The position numbers and the translations under genes were made by a program. A stretch of 63,599 nt of DNA, the filler included, from Anaerolineae bacterium (lineage in GTDB: Bacteria; Chloroflexota; Anaerolineae; Epilineales; Epilineaceae): NCBI GenBank assembly GCA_029262755.1. It is 7 parts of 7 records of this genome, joined end to end, with 100 filler letters (N's around TTAATTAATTAA, not from the genome) between each part and the next. Parts side by side here need not be neighbours in the genome. Positions count along the whole stretch, not along the records: positions 1 to 15,541 come from JAJCYU010000001.1; 6 more parts are not named here. The stretch is one strand, 5' to 3'. Position 1 is the first letter of the stretch; each line of letters starts with the position of its first letter. Shown here piece after piece: positions 1 through 9,285 of this stretch. Below the pieces are notes generated by a model, which saw nothing but the letters and a program-made list of their open reading frames with translations, was not told where the DNA came from and made no database searches.

Positions 1-4
1 TACG

Positions 5-270
5 CGGAGGACGGGCTGTTCGCTGTCGTATGCTCGCGCGAATCGACCCTTCACCGCGCATTCGAATGCAGGTTCCGTCTGCTCGACACTGCCAACCCGG
101 AGGACGGGCTGTTCGCTGTCGAATACGTCGCGTGAATCGACCCTCCGCCGCGCATTCGAATGCGGGTTCCGTCTGCTCGTTACTGCCCATAAGGAGCCCA
201 TGCTGCGCGTTTTCCTAAGACCGGCACTCAGGACTACCCTTCGCGGCGCATTCGATCGCGGGCTGCGCCA
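5..270. repeat. Tandem repeat of 93-94-bp units (two clear copies plus one degenerate copy) with palindromic core GCATTCGAATGC
   Basis: CGGAGGACGGGCTGTTCGCTGTCG starts at 5 and 98. GAATCGACCCT and CCGCGCATTCGAATGCRGGTTCCGTCTGCTCG recur in both copies. A third degenerate copy has GGAG at 193 and ACCCT..GCGCATTCGA at 236-255. A 1-nt indel between copies argues against a coding repeat. Confidence 0.85.
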
Positions 271-318
271 CGTTTGCGTCAGTGTTCGGCGACGGTCCCC
301 GCCCACGTAGGAAAGAAC

Positions 319-783
319 ATGGACGATCATCCCGAGATGCCGCCCACCACCGACGTCCCGGTGCGCCTTGCACGGGCTGCCGACACGTTCGAGCCGGCGC
401 CCGAATCACCGAGCATCCGCTCCTGGCAGAAGCGCATCCTCGGCTGGGGCTGCGCGCCGGCCATGGCCGTGGGCATGCTCGGCGGGCTGGCGGGTGGCGC
501 TCGGCCGGAGTTGGCGCAGACGATTGCGATGACCGGCACAGGGCTCGCCATCGTGGTTGCCGGCCCGATCGCGGTGTACACGTGGCGCTTGCGGCGCGAC
601 AACCGAGCCCGTTGGGAGGCCGCACACGCAGAGGCCGAGGCAAGCGGCAAGCGAGTGCGGGTCGTCATCAACGCGGAGGGCGGGCACGACTACGTGGTGG
701 AAGAGCGGGAGCGGATCGAGAAGATCGAATGGGATGCGGAGGCCGGCGGCGAGGCGGAAGTCAGTGGCGCGGCGGAAGAGTGA
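319..783 (+). CDS. Hypothetical membrane protein (two hydrophobic segments, acidic C-terminus)
   Basis: ATG at 319 follows AGGAAAG. Two TM-like stretches. The stop overlaps the next start (GTGA). Confidence 0.7.
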   Translation: MDDHPEMPPTTDVPVRLARAADTFEPAPESPSIRSWQKRILGWGCAPAMAVGMLGGLAGGARPELAQTIAMTGTGLAIVVAGPIAVYTWRLRRDNRARWEAAHAEAEASGKRVRVVINAEGGHDYVVEERERIEKIEWDAEAGGEAEVSGAAEE

Positions 784-1541
784 ACGCTACGAAAGCGCTG
801 CGGCCGCCCACGATTGTCGCGATGGGCGGAGGCGGCTTCGGGATGGATCCCGACCCGCGGCTCGATCGCTGGATGCTCTCGCTGGCAGGGAAAGCTCGCC
901 CCAAGGCCTGCTTCGTTCCCACGGCAAGCGGCGACAACGACCACTACATCGTGCGGTTCTACAACGCGTTTCAAGACCTGGATGCCGAACCGGACCACCT
1001 GCCGCTCTTCACGCGCCGGCACGCGGGCGATGCTCTGCGTGAACACGTGCTCGCGCAGGACCTGCTCTACGTCGGCGGTGGCAACACCGCCAACATGCTC
1101 GCGGTGTGGCGTGCGCACGGCCTTGATACGATCCTGGAGGAAGCGTGGCGCGCAGGTGTCATCCTGTGCGGCCTGTCTGCAGGATCCCTCTGTTGGTTCG
1201 AAGGCGGGGTCACCGATTCCTTCGGGGAGGCGCTCCAGGTTCTGCCCGACGGCCTCGGCCTGCTGCCCGGCAGCCACTGCCCGCATTACGACGGCGAGGC
1301 CCAGCGACGCCCCGCCTACAGTGACCTCGTCGCGCGCGGCACGCTGCCGCCCGGCTACGCGGTTGCGGACGGCGTCGCGCTGCGCTTCGAGGGCACACGG
1401 CACGTCGAGACGGTGCGCTCGCGCCCCACGGGCGGCGCCTGGCACGTGCGCCCGGACGCGACCGCGCCCGATGGCGTGATCCACGAGGCGCTGCCGTGCG
1501 CGCAGCTCGCCGAGGATGGTACGATCGTCCGCGATCGGTAG
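780..1541 (+). CDS. Peptidase E (family S51, class I glutamine amidotransferase-like)
   Basis: Motifs MGGGGF, FVPTASGD, YVGGGNTANML, GLSAGS (nucleophile Ser) and CPHY. GTG start at 780 is coupled to the upstream stop. Confidence 0.9.
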   Translation: MNATKALRPPTIVAMGGGGFGMDPDPRLDRWMLSLAGKARPKACFVPTASGDNDHYIVRFYNAFQDLDAEPDHLPLFTRRHAGDALREHVLAQDLLYVGGGNTANMLAVWRAHGLDTILEEAWRAGVILCGLSAGSLCWFEGGVTDSFGEALQVLPDGLGLLPGSHCPHYDGEAQRRPAYSDLVARGTLPPGYAVADGVALRFEGTRHVETVRSRPTGGAWHVRPDATAPDGVIHEALPCAQLAEDGTIVRDR

Positions 1542-1743
1542 GCGGAGAAGAGCACGTAGGCGCTGTGCGAGTCCGGCGCGGAGTGTGGAGAGGGCGCACG
1601 ACTCGATGAACGTGGCTGGGCTGGGTCGCGAGGCGCGACGGTGTGGGTTGAGCGGCGGGACCGGGCTGCCGGCGCATCGCGACGAGCCAACTAGTCGCAA
1701 TTCCTGCGACTCCTGCGACCGGCGCGACTATAGGCCTACGACG

Positions 1744-3402
1744 CTACCCGTCGCCGCTGACCGGCAACAGGCCGCTTGGGACGGAGGCGGGGACCTCGAT
1801 GTCCGGCTGGACGCCGTCCAGGGTCGCGAGGAACGCCGCTAGTTCGGCCACGGCGGCATCGTCCAAGTCCCGGGGCACGAGCAGCGCGTCGATCCGCGAC
1901 GGCTCTAGCTTCAGGTCGTTGCCGCCGCGCAGGTGGAAGCGGATCACGGACTCCAGGTCCGGGTAGGCGCCCGCGTGACCGTAGGGCGCCGTTTGGGCGA
2001 CGTTGCGTAGCGGCGGCGTGCGGAACGCGTAGGCATCGGCCGGGTCGCCGGTCACGTCGTAGCGGCCGCGATCGAAGCCGCGGGTGAGGCGGCGGCCGGG
2101 GCCGATCTGCGCGGCGCCGAGCACGTGGAATTGGTAGTCTGATAGCTGGGGGCCGTGGTGGCAGGTCACGCAGCCCGCCTCTCCCGTGAAGAGCGCGAGA
2201 CCGCGCAGGGCTGCCACGTCCAACGCGTCTTCTTCGCCCTCGAGCCAACGGTCGAAGGGCGCGTCGGGCGCGAGGAGGCTGCGTTGGAACGCGGCCAACG
2301 CGCGGGCCAGCGTGGAGGCGGTGATCGCCGATCCGGACACCTGCGTCTCGGGGAAGGCCGCGGCGAAGCGGCGCTCGTAGTCGGGGATCGCACGCAGCCG
2401 GGCGAGAATCTCGGTGACGGCCATGCGCTCGCTGAAGGCGTGACCCGCCATCTCGTCGATCGCACCGAGCGGCAGCAGTGCTTGTGCTTCCAAGCCTTTG
2501 TCCGCACGTCCGTCCCAGAATTGCAGCCCGAAGACGTGCGGCTCCGGCCCGAATCGTCCCGCCAGCCCCACGTTGAGCAAGGTCGGCGCGTTGCGCGCGG
2601 TCTCCTCCATGGCGATGTCGTCGATCCCGGAGCGACCCACGTGCCGGTCGACGCCGAGCGCGACGCCGCCGCCGACCCCGACGCTACGTTCCCTGCCGTC
2701 GGCCCACGCGAGGTCAGGGTGATGGCAGGTGGCACAGCTCACGTCGCGTTCACCGGCGAGCACGGGATCGAAGAAGAGCAGTTGGCCCAGTTCTACACGG
2801 GACGCAGAGGGCGGATTGTTGGGCGGATGGGGCGGCGTCAAGCGGCCGATGGGCTGGATGCCAGCCACCTCGATCATCCAGGCGCGATCCGGACCGCCCG
2901 CCGGCGGCAACGGCCACGGGGTGGCGCGTGGGCCGTCGGCAGGCGCGGTCGGGGCGCGGGGGGCGTCGGCGTCCGGCGTCGGGTCGTAGCCGAGAGCGGG
3001 GTCCGGGGTGGCCGGCGCAGCTTGGCCCGCCGCTGCGTCGGCCGTGTCGGACACAGCGTCCGAGGCGGTCCTGCTCGCGTTGGACGAGCGCGAGCCGGGC
3101 GCGCTCGAGTCGGCCGAACTAGCGTTCGTCGCACCGGGGTCGTTCGAGCCCGAGCCCAACGCGCCCTCGTCGGCGGCGCTCGTTCGGGGATCGCTCGCGA
3201 TCCGTGACCCCGTCGCTGGCGGCTCGGCGTCGTCGCAACCGACTGCGGCAAGCGAGAACGTGAGTGCGACGATCGCGATCCCTGTTGTTCGGGCGATCGT
3301 AGTACGGGTGATCGTGGTGCGGGTGATCGTGGTGCGGGTGATGCATCGTTCGCAGCTCGACGTCCGCGCTTCGACGCCCCCTCCGGCCGCTCGTTCGTCC
3401 AC
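1744..3402 (-). CDS. Di-heme cytochrome c peroxidase (CcpA/MauG family), probable lipoprotein
   Basis: Two CxxCH motifs (SCATCH, GCVTCH), plus LGQLLFFDPVL, RNAPTLLN, QFWDGRA and FRTPPLRNV..TAPYGH. Lipobox-like LAAVGC. Start uncertain. Confidence 0.88.
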   Translation of the reverse strand: MDERAAGGGVEARTSSCERCITRTTITRTTITRTTIARTTGIAIVALTFSLAAVGCDDAEPPATGSRIASDPRTSAADEGALGSGSNDPGATNASSADSSAPGSRSSNASRTASDAVSDTADAAAGQAAPATPDPALGYDPTPDADAPRAPTAPADGPRATPWPLPPAGGPDRAWMIEVAGIQPIGRLTPPHPPNNPPSASRVELGQLLFFDPVLAGERDVSCATCHHPDLAWADGRERSVGVGGGVALGVDRHVGRSGIDDIAMEETARNAPTLLNVGLAGRFGPEPHVFGLQFWDGRADKGLEAQALLPLGAIDEMAGHAFSERMAVTEILARLRAIPDYERRFAAAFPETQVSGSAITASTLARALAAFQRSLLAPDAPFDRWLEGEEDALDVAALRGLALFTGEAGCVTCHHGPQLSDYQFHVLGAAQIGPGRRLTRGFDRGRYDVTGDPADAYAFRTPPLRNVAQTAPYGHAGAYPDLESVIRFHLRGGNDLKLEPSRIDALLVPRDLDDAAVAELAAFLATLDGVQPDIEVPASVPSGLLPVSGDG

Positions 3403-4057
3403 GTGACTCGGCTCCTTGTCAGGCTCGGGCCCTGATCCGGGCCCTTTCTATGTTGCGGCTTGAGGACGCCGATCGCGGCGACGGGTACCGCGATTCAAGA
3501 TTTGTAGCGTCTACGCTGGGCGACGACTGTTCCGATGACGGAGCCGACTACGTCGTGACTCCCATGCGTAGCGGGGTTCGGTCGAACGGACGTATAGCAG
3601 TAGCAGTGCCCGTGCAGGTAGGGTCGCAGCGCGAGATTGGTACGGGACGCGCTCCCGGTCGATCGCGTATCGAGCGCACGCGATCGCGATCGCAGGATCA
3701 AGCCCAAGTCTACGAGCTGCGAGCAAATGGTCGGATTCCGCAGTCAGCCGGCTTGCGACGGACCGTCCCCACGCTAGGATTGGCGCCCGCCACGGGCAGA
3801 CCGTCCGTGCGGTCGTCGATACGCAACCGCCAAGTACGTGAGTTCGGCATCGCCCCCAAGGGCAGGCGTGAGTCGTTGCACGGCGGATTGCGAGCGACGA
3901 ACGATCGTCGCGGAATCATGATGCCCTCCTGCTCGAGCATTCGGCCTCGCCCTGACCCGCGAGCCTACGCCATAGAACGCACAAGTCGCTACCCGCCGGC
4001 GACGGTCGCGCAGCGCACCGTGTCGTGCGTGTCCCCCACACACCCAGGTGACCCTCC

Positions 4058-5770
4058 ATGTCCTACGTTCCCTCGACGCACGACCGCCGTTCCGCGGGAC
4101 GACCCGCGTGCTTCGCGACCGTCCTCTGCGCGATCGCCCTCGGTGCGCTGGCCCTCGTGCTCGCCCCGGCGCAGCCGCGCGCCTCGGCCGCGCCGCCGGC
4201 GCCCGCGCCCGTTCCCGCGGGCCCACGGCTGATCGACGCCGCGGCCGTGCGGGGCACGATCGCCGCAGAGGGTCGCGCGCCCGTGATCGTGCTCCTGCGC
4301 GATCCCGCGCCGCGGCTTGCGGCGGACGCGGTGCGGCTGCCCGCGGTGGCTGCGGCGCAGTCGGCGGTGCTCGCGGCGCTGCCCGCGGGAGCGTGGCGCA
4401 CGACGCGCCGCTACGAGCTGCTGGCGGCGTTGGCCGGTGATGTGGACGGGCGCGGCCTGGCCGTGTTGCTCGGCCATCCGGGGGTTCAGTCCGTCGAGCC
4501 GGATCGAGAGAACGTGCCGATGGGGCCGGTCCTTTCGCCGTCCATGCTGCGCGAACAGCGTCCGTTGATTGGCGTCGACCGCGTCTTCGAGGAGTTCGGG
4601 CTTTCGGGCGAGGGCGTTCGGGTTGCGGTGATCGACACGGGCATCGACGCCGATCATCCGGATCTCGAGGATGATCTGATCGATCAGCGCTGCTTCTCCG
4701 CGCGCGGCGGCTGCGGCTCGAACAACGCCACGGAGGGGCCGGACGCCGATGACGAGGACGGCCACGGCACGTCGGTGGCAGGCATCATCACCAGCAAGGG
4801 CGTCAACGCGCCCCTCGGTATTGCGCCGGACGCGGAGATCGTCGCCATCCGCGTCTTCGACGACCGGACGTCCGCGCGCTCGAGCGACATCGTGGCCGGC
4901 TTCGACTGGCTGGAGCGCAACCGGCAGCGGCTGAAGGTCAAGGTGGTCAACATGAGCCTCGGTTCACGCGATCCCTTCGTCGGCAACTGCGACAACGACG
5001 ACGCGGCCCGAGCCGAGGCCGTCAAGCGGCTTGTCCAGCGCGGTGTGGCGGTCTTCGCGGCGAGCGGCAACCAGGGCTCGGACAACGGGATGGCGGCGCC
5101 GGCCTGCATCCGCGACGTGATCGCCGTGGCGGCCAGCTACGACGGCACGCTCGGGCGCATGCCGCCCAACGGCGAGTTCGGCGGCTCCGGCTGCTTCGAC
5201 CCCACGAGCAGCGCGATGACCATCACGTGCTTCAGCTCGATCAACCGCTCGCTCGACCTCGTCGCCCCAGGAGCGTGGACGACCGTGCCGCAGATGGGCG
5301 GCGGGGCACGCCAGACGGCGGGTACATCGAACGCGTCGCCCGTGGCGGCGGCGGTGGCGGCATTGCTCATCCAAGCGGAGGACGGAATGCGCCACGCCGA
5401 GGTGCGGCGGACGCTGACCAGCACGGGCACCAACGTGCGCAAGCTCGAAAACACCCAGGATTTCCCACTCATCGACGCCTACGCGGCGGTCGCATCGCTC
5501 GGCCTGCCGACGGCGACGCCCGATGGTCCGCCGCCCACGACTACACCGGCGCCAACCGACACGCCCGCGCCGAGCGCGACGCCGACGGCAAGCGCGACGC
5601 CGACGATCGCACCGACGGGCGCCCCCTTGCCGAGCGCGACCGCCGTCCCGACCGATGCGGCGGCGACCGCGACGGCGTCGGCAACATCGCCGCCGCAGGA
5701 CACGCCGGAACCGACGCAGCCGAGCCCGGATTCGGCGCCGATCTACCTGCCGATCGCACGCACGGAGTAG
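4058..5770 (+). CDS. Secreted subtilisin-like serine protease (S8) with Pro/Thr linker and C-terminal IYLPIAR motif
   Basis: Signal peptide and propeptide. Catalytic triad VAVIDTG / HGTSVAG / GTSNASP, plus VVNMSLG and FAASGN. PT-rich tail. Confidence 0.92.
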   Translation: MSYVPSTHDRRSAGRPACFATVLCAIALGALALVLAPAQPRASAAPPAPAPVPAGPRLIDAAAVRGTIAAEGRAPVIVLLRDPAPRLAADAVRLPAVAAAQSAVLAALPAGAWRTTRRYELLAALAGDVDGRGLAVLLGHPGVQSVEPDRENVPMGPVLSPSMLREQRPLIGVDRVFEEFGLSGEGVRVAVIDTGIDADHPDLEDDLIDQRCFSARGGCGSNNATEGPDADDEDGHGTSVAGIITSKGVNAPLGIAPDAEIVAIRVFDDRTSARSSDIVAGFDWLERNRQRLKVKVVNMSLGSRDPFVGNCDNDDAARAEAVKRLVQRGVAVFAASGNQGSDNGMAAPACIRDVIAVAASYDGTLGRMPPNGEFGGSGCFDPTSSAMTITCFSSINRSLDLVAPGAWTTVPQMGGGARQTAGTSNASPVAAAVAALLIQAEDGMRHAEVRRTLTSTGTNVRKLENTQDFPLIDAYAAVASLGLPTATPDGPPPTTTPAPTDTPAPSATPTASATPTIAPTGAPLPSATAVPTDAAATATASATSPPQDTPEPTQPSPDSAPIYLPIARTE

Positions 5771-5957
5771 CATGCGCGACGTGGCCGCGAGGCCGCACGT
5801 CGACTAGCGCCCTTCCGGGTGAAACCCCCTCTCACGCGCGCCGTATTACCTCCTGACGGCCCGCAATCGCGGGTCGCGTTCTACCACAGGCGAACACCTC
5901 GAACGACCGGGCTCAACCGCTCGGCCGGGGTTTGCTTCGCCGCTACGGGAGGCTTGG

Positions 5958-6815
5958 ATGGGCGGCTTGATGGCGGTTCTGTTCACCGTACTCGTTCCTG
6001 GAATGATCGCCGCGCAAATCGCGGAGGGTCGCGGTATTCCGCCGTTCATCGGCTTCGTGGTCGGAGCGGTATGGAGTTGGCCGGGCATGGTCTTCTTCGC
6101 CATCGCGTCTGGCATGGTGCACAACGGCCACTCGTCGAATCGACGACGTCGTCGCGCGCACCCGGCCGGATACGCCAAGCCTCTCCCCACGCCGGCGCCG
6201 TTGACGCGGCCGACGGCTCGCCGCTCCGCGCAGCCCGCAAGGCCCGCGATGAGCACGGGCACGGGCGGCAGGGCGACCTCCGCAGCCGAAGCGCGGCGCG
6301 CGCTCGACGCCCAACGGCGGCGACGTGCCGAGCTTGAGCACGAAGCAGAGTTGTTGCGTCGCTCGGCCGAATCCGATCGCCGGCGCTTCGACGCCGAGTT
6401 GGCGAAGCGCGACGGTCGCTTGGCCACGCGCGAGGAGCAGATCGAGCTCTTGCGCGAGCGACTCGCGGCGGCCGAAACCGAGCGTGAAGAAGCCAAGCTT
6501 GCGCTGGACCCGTGGTACGGCGAGCACTTGGCAGCGGCCGGCGACGTGCTGCCCGACGTATTGCCCGCGGACATCCCGCGCCATCGCTTCGACGAAGACG
6601 AGCTTGCCGCCGAACAGGCGGCGCGCGAAGTCCCCGTGGCTACGGGGCACGCCGACGGTGCGTCGACGGACGCGGTGGAGCCGTTGTCCGCGGCGTCGGA
6701 GGGAGACGTGCAGCCGGACACCGCGCCCGTCGCGGAGCCGGTAGTAACGGAACCCGTCGCGCGCCCACCGGCCGTCGAGCAGCCGAAGGTCCGCTCGGCT
6801 GGCGGCGCGTCCTAG
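5958..6815 (+). CDS. Hypothetical membrane-anchored coiled-coil protein
   Basis: GGAGG RBS 5 nt upstream. N-terminal TM pair, E/R-rich helical middle, acidic Pro-rich tail. Confidence 0.65.
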   Translation: MGGLMAVLFTVLVPGMIAAQIAEGRGIPPFIGFVVGAVWSWPGMVFFAIASGMVHNGHSSNRRRRRAHPAGYAKPLPTPAPLTRPTARRSAQPARPAMSTGTGGRATSAAEARRALDAQRRRRAELEHEAELLRRSAESDRRRFDAELAKRDGRLATREEQIELLRERLAAAETEREEAKLALDPWYGEHLAAAGDVLPDVLPADIPRHRFDEDELAAEQAAREVPVATGHADGASTDAVEPLSAASEGDVQPDTAPVAEPVVTEPVARPPAVEQPKVRSAGGAS

Positions 6816-6924
6816 CGACGACGAGCGTCGCGTCCGACGATCGGAGCACCACGCTGGGCGCTCGGTAGGAGGCGAACACGTTCTCAGCGGACCGGCGACG
6901 GTCGCAGCGTAGCAACGTAGCAAC

Positions 6925-6956
6925 GAGAAACCGGGCGCGCCGTGTGGCGCGCCCGG
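6925..6956 (-). terminator. Probable intrinsic terminator downstream of the pha operon (possibly bidirectional)
   Basis: 11-bp perfect stem CCGGGCGCGCC-GTGT-GGCGCGCCCGG, followed on the minus strand by TTTCTCGTT. Lies between convergent genes. Confidence 0.7.
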
Positions 6957-7109
6957 ATTCGTGTGTTGGGTTGGGAGTCGGATCCGCGATGCATAGCGGG
7001 ATCCGGTCGGCAGCCGCTAGTACTCGGGCGCATGAATGGTCAGGGAAGTAGGCGCAGCAGCGGCGGATGCAGTGGCTCCCGAACCCGTAGATTCAGGCTG
7101 GTTGGACTA

Positions 7110-8303
7110 CTACGCCATACGCTCCAACGCGATCGCCGTGCTGCCGCCCGTACCGTGGCAGAGCGTGGCCACGCCGAGCGAATTGCCGCGTGCGGCGAGG
7201 GCGCCGAGCAGGGTGACCATGATCCGCGCGCCGGTCGCGCCGATCGGGTGGCCGAGGGCCACCGCGCCGCCGTGCACGTTGAGGATGTCGCGCTCCACGC
7301 CGAGGAGGCGCTCAAAGAGTACGGTGCTGACCGCGAAGGCCTCGTTGTTCTCCCAAAGGTCGACATCGCCCACGGAGAGGCCCGTCTTGCTCATCAAGGC
7401 CTTCACGGCAGGCGCGGGTGCCTCGGCGAAACGCCAGCTGGGGCCGGCGGCCCAGGCGGAGCCGATGATCTTGGCGATGGGCTTCAGACCGTGCGCCTTC
7501 ACCGCGTCCTCGGACGCGATGAGCATCGCGGCGGCGCCATCGGAGATCTGGCTGGCGTTGCCGGCGGTGATGATGCCGTCCTTCTGGAAGGCCGGGCGCA
7601 GCCGCGCGAGCGACTCCACGGTGGAATCCGCGCGAATGCCCTCGTCGTGTTGGATGACCGTATCGCCCTTGCGGCCCGGAATCGTGACCGGTGCGATCTC
7701 TGCGGTGAGGGCGCCACTCTGGGTGGCGGCGGCCGCCCGCATGTGGCTCTCGAGCGCGACCGCGTCGACCTGCTCGCGCGTGACGCCGTACTCGGCGGCC
7801 AGGCGCTCGGTCTGGTCGCCCATCATCTCACCCGTGGTCGGGTCGGTCAGGCCGTCGTAAGCCAGTAGGTCGATGAGGGGCTCGTTCTGGCCGCCGAGGT
7901 ACTTGTAGCCCCAACGCGCGCGATCGGTGAGGTAGAAGCCGGTGCGCGACATGGACTCCGTGCCGCCGACCAGGATCAGGTCGCCCTCTTCGGCCTTGAT
8001 GTGCGTCGTGGCGTTCATGGCGGCCAGCATGCCGGACGAGCAGACCATGTTCACGTGGTAGCCGTCGGTCGTGTCGGGAATGCCGGCCTTGAGGGCCGCC
8101 TGACGCGGGATGTGCTGGCCTTGGCCGCCGCTGAGCACGTTGCCGTAGATGTAGAAATCGAGCGCGTCGGCCGATACGCCGCCGCGTTCGATGGCAGCAG
8201 CCATGGCGTGGGCGCCCAATTCCACGGGCGAGAGCGTGCTCAGGCCGCCGCCAAAGCGACCGATCGGTGTCCGTGTAGCGGATACGATGTACGCTTGCTT
8301 CAC
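7110..8303 (-). CDS. phaA: Acetyl-CoA acetyltransferase (beta-ketothiolase)
   Basis: Motifs RTPIG, VNMVCSSG (active Cys), TAGNASQISDGAAA, ENNEAFA, GGAVALGHPIGATG and LCHGTG. GTG start with AGGGGAG RBS. Last gene of the pha operon. Confidence 0.92.
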   Translation of the reverse strand: MKQAYIVSATRTPIGRFGGGLSTLSPVELGAHAMAAAIERGGVSADALDFYIYGNVLSGGQGQHIPRQAALKAGIPDTTDGYHVNMVCSSGMLAAMNATTHIKAEEGDLILVGGTESMSRTGFYLTDRARWGYKYLGGQNEPLIDLLAYDGLTDPTTGEMMGDQTERLAAEYGVTREQVDAVALESHMRAAAATQSGALTAEIAPVTIPGRKGDTVIQHDEGIRADSTVESLARLRPAFQKDGIITAGNASQISDGAAAMLIASEDAVKAHGLKPIAKIIGSAWAAGPSWRFAEAPAPAVKALMSKTGLSVGDVDLWENNEAFAVSTVLFERLLGVERDILNVHGGAVALGHPIGATGARIMVTLLGALAARGNSLGVATLCHGTGGSTAIALERMA

Positions 8304-8408
8304 GTTGACTCTCCCCTGGATCTTGGTAGGTGCTGTGTGCGATGGCTGCGTCGGGCGGATCGACCGGAAGTCCCGGCGCCGTCGTGTGTTGCAGCCGGCC
8401 CAGCGGTG

Positions 8409-9143
8409 CTACATGCGGTGTCCACCGTTAACGCTGATTACCTGGCCGTTGATGTAGCCGCCCGCAACCGGCGAGAGGAGCATGGCCACCGGCCACGCGA
8501 TCTCCATCGGGTCGGCAAAGCGGCCGGCCGGGATCTCCGCCGCGATGTTCGCGCGGATCTCCTCCGGTACGGCCAGCGTCATGTCAGTGTTCGCGAAGCC
8601 GGGCGCCACGATGTTGGTCCGCACGCCCTTGCGCGCACCCTCGACCGCGAGCGTCTTGCCGAGGCCGATGATGCCGGCCTTCGAGGCCGCATAGTTGGCC
8701 TGCCCTAAGCCGCCGCGTTCGCCGATGATGGAGCTGATCAGGACGATCGCGCCCTCGCCGTGCTCACGCAGTACGGGAAATGCCGGGCGGACCGTGTTGT
8801 AGACACCGGTCAGGTTGACGTTGATCACGGCGTCCCAATCGCGATGGGTCATCTTGTGGAACATTCCGTCGCGCGTGACGCCGGCATTGGCGACGACCCC
8901 GAAGAGCGGGCCGAGCTCGCTCTCGATCGTCTCGACCGCGCGCTCCATCTCGCCGGGATAGGTGACGTCCGCGTGGATGGCCAACGATCCGTGCTCGCGC
9001 TTGTTCTCGCTGCGATCCGTGAAGGCGACGCGCGCCCCCAGGGCCTCGAGCAGCAGCACCACGCGGCGCCCGATGCCACGATTCCCGCCGGTGACAAGGA
9101 TTACCTTGTCCTCAAGCCCGAGCGAGGTATTGATTTCGGTCAC
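8409..9143 (-). CDS. phaB: Acetoacetyl-CoA reductase (SDR)
   Basis: Motifs TGGNRGIG, ANAGVTRD and GQANYAASKAG. GTG at 9143 has an AGGAG RBS and gives a typical 244 aa. Alternative in-frame ATG at 9299. Confidence 0.88.
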   Translation of the reverse strand: MTEINTSLGLEDKVILVTGGNRGIGRRVVLLLEALGARVAFTDRSENKREHGSLAIHADVTYPGEMERAVETIESELGPLFGVVANAGVTRDGMFHKMTHRDWDAVINVNLTGVYNTVRPAFPVLREHGEGAIVLISSIIGERGGLGQANYAASKAGIIGLGKTLAVEGARKGVRTNIVAPGFANTDMTLAVPEEIRANIAAEIPAGRFADPMEIAWPVAMLLSPVAGGYINGQVISVNGGHRM

Positions 9144-9285
9144 GATCTTCTCCTGAGGCGCGGAGATACCGGAGGCAGCGTCCGCGGGATGGGGTTGCGA
9201 ATGGATGTCGACGGCGGGTGCGTTGGGATCGGGCTCGTGATCGACGTCCGCATCGGGCGCCACGTCCACGGTCTCGTCCGTGGCG

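Noticed and set aside
5..270. Repeat region as a CRISPR array or integron attC array
   Set aside because: The inter-repeat segments are short and homologous rather than unique spacers. There are no cas genes, no proper RYYYAAC/GTTRRRY pair and no cassette ORFs.
3450..4232. 260-aa plus-strand ORF upstream of the S8 protease
   Set aside because: It has Arg/Ser/Pro-rich composition, no RBS or motif, and overlaps the S8 gene out of frame.
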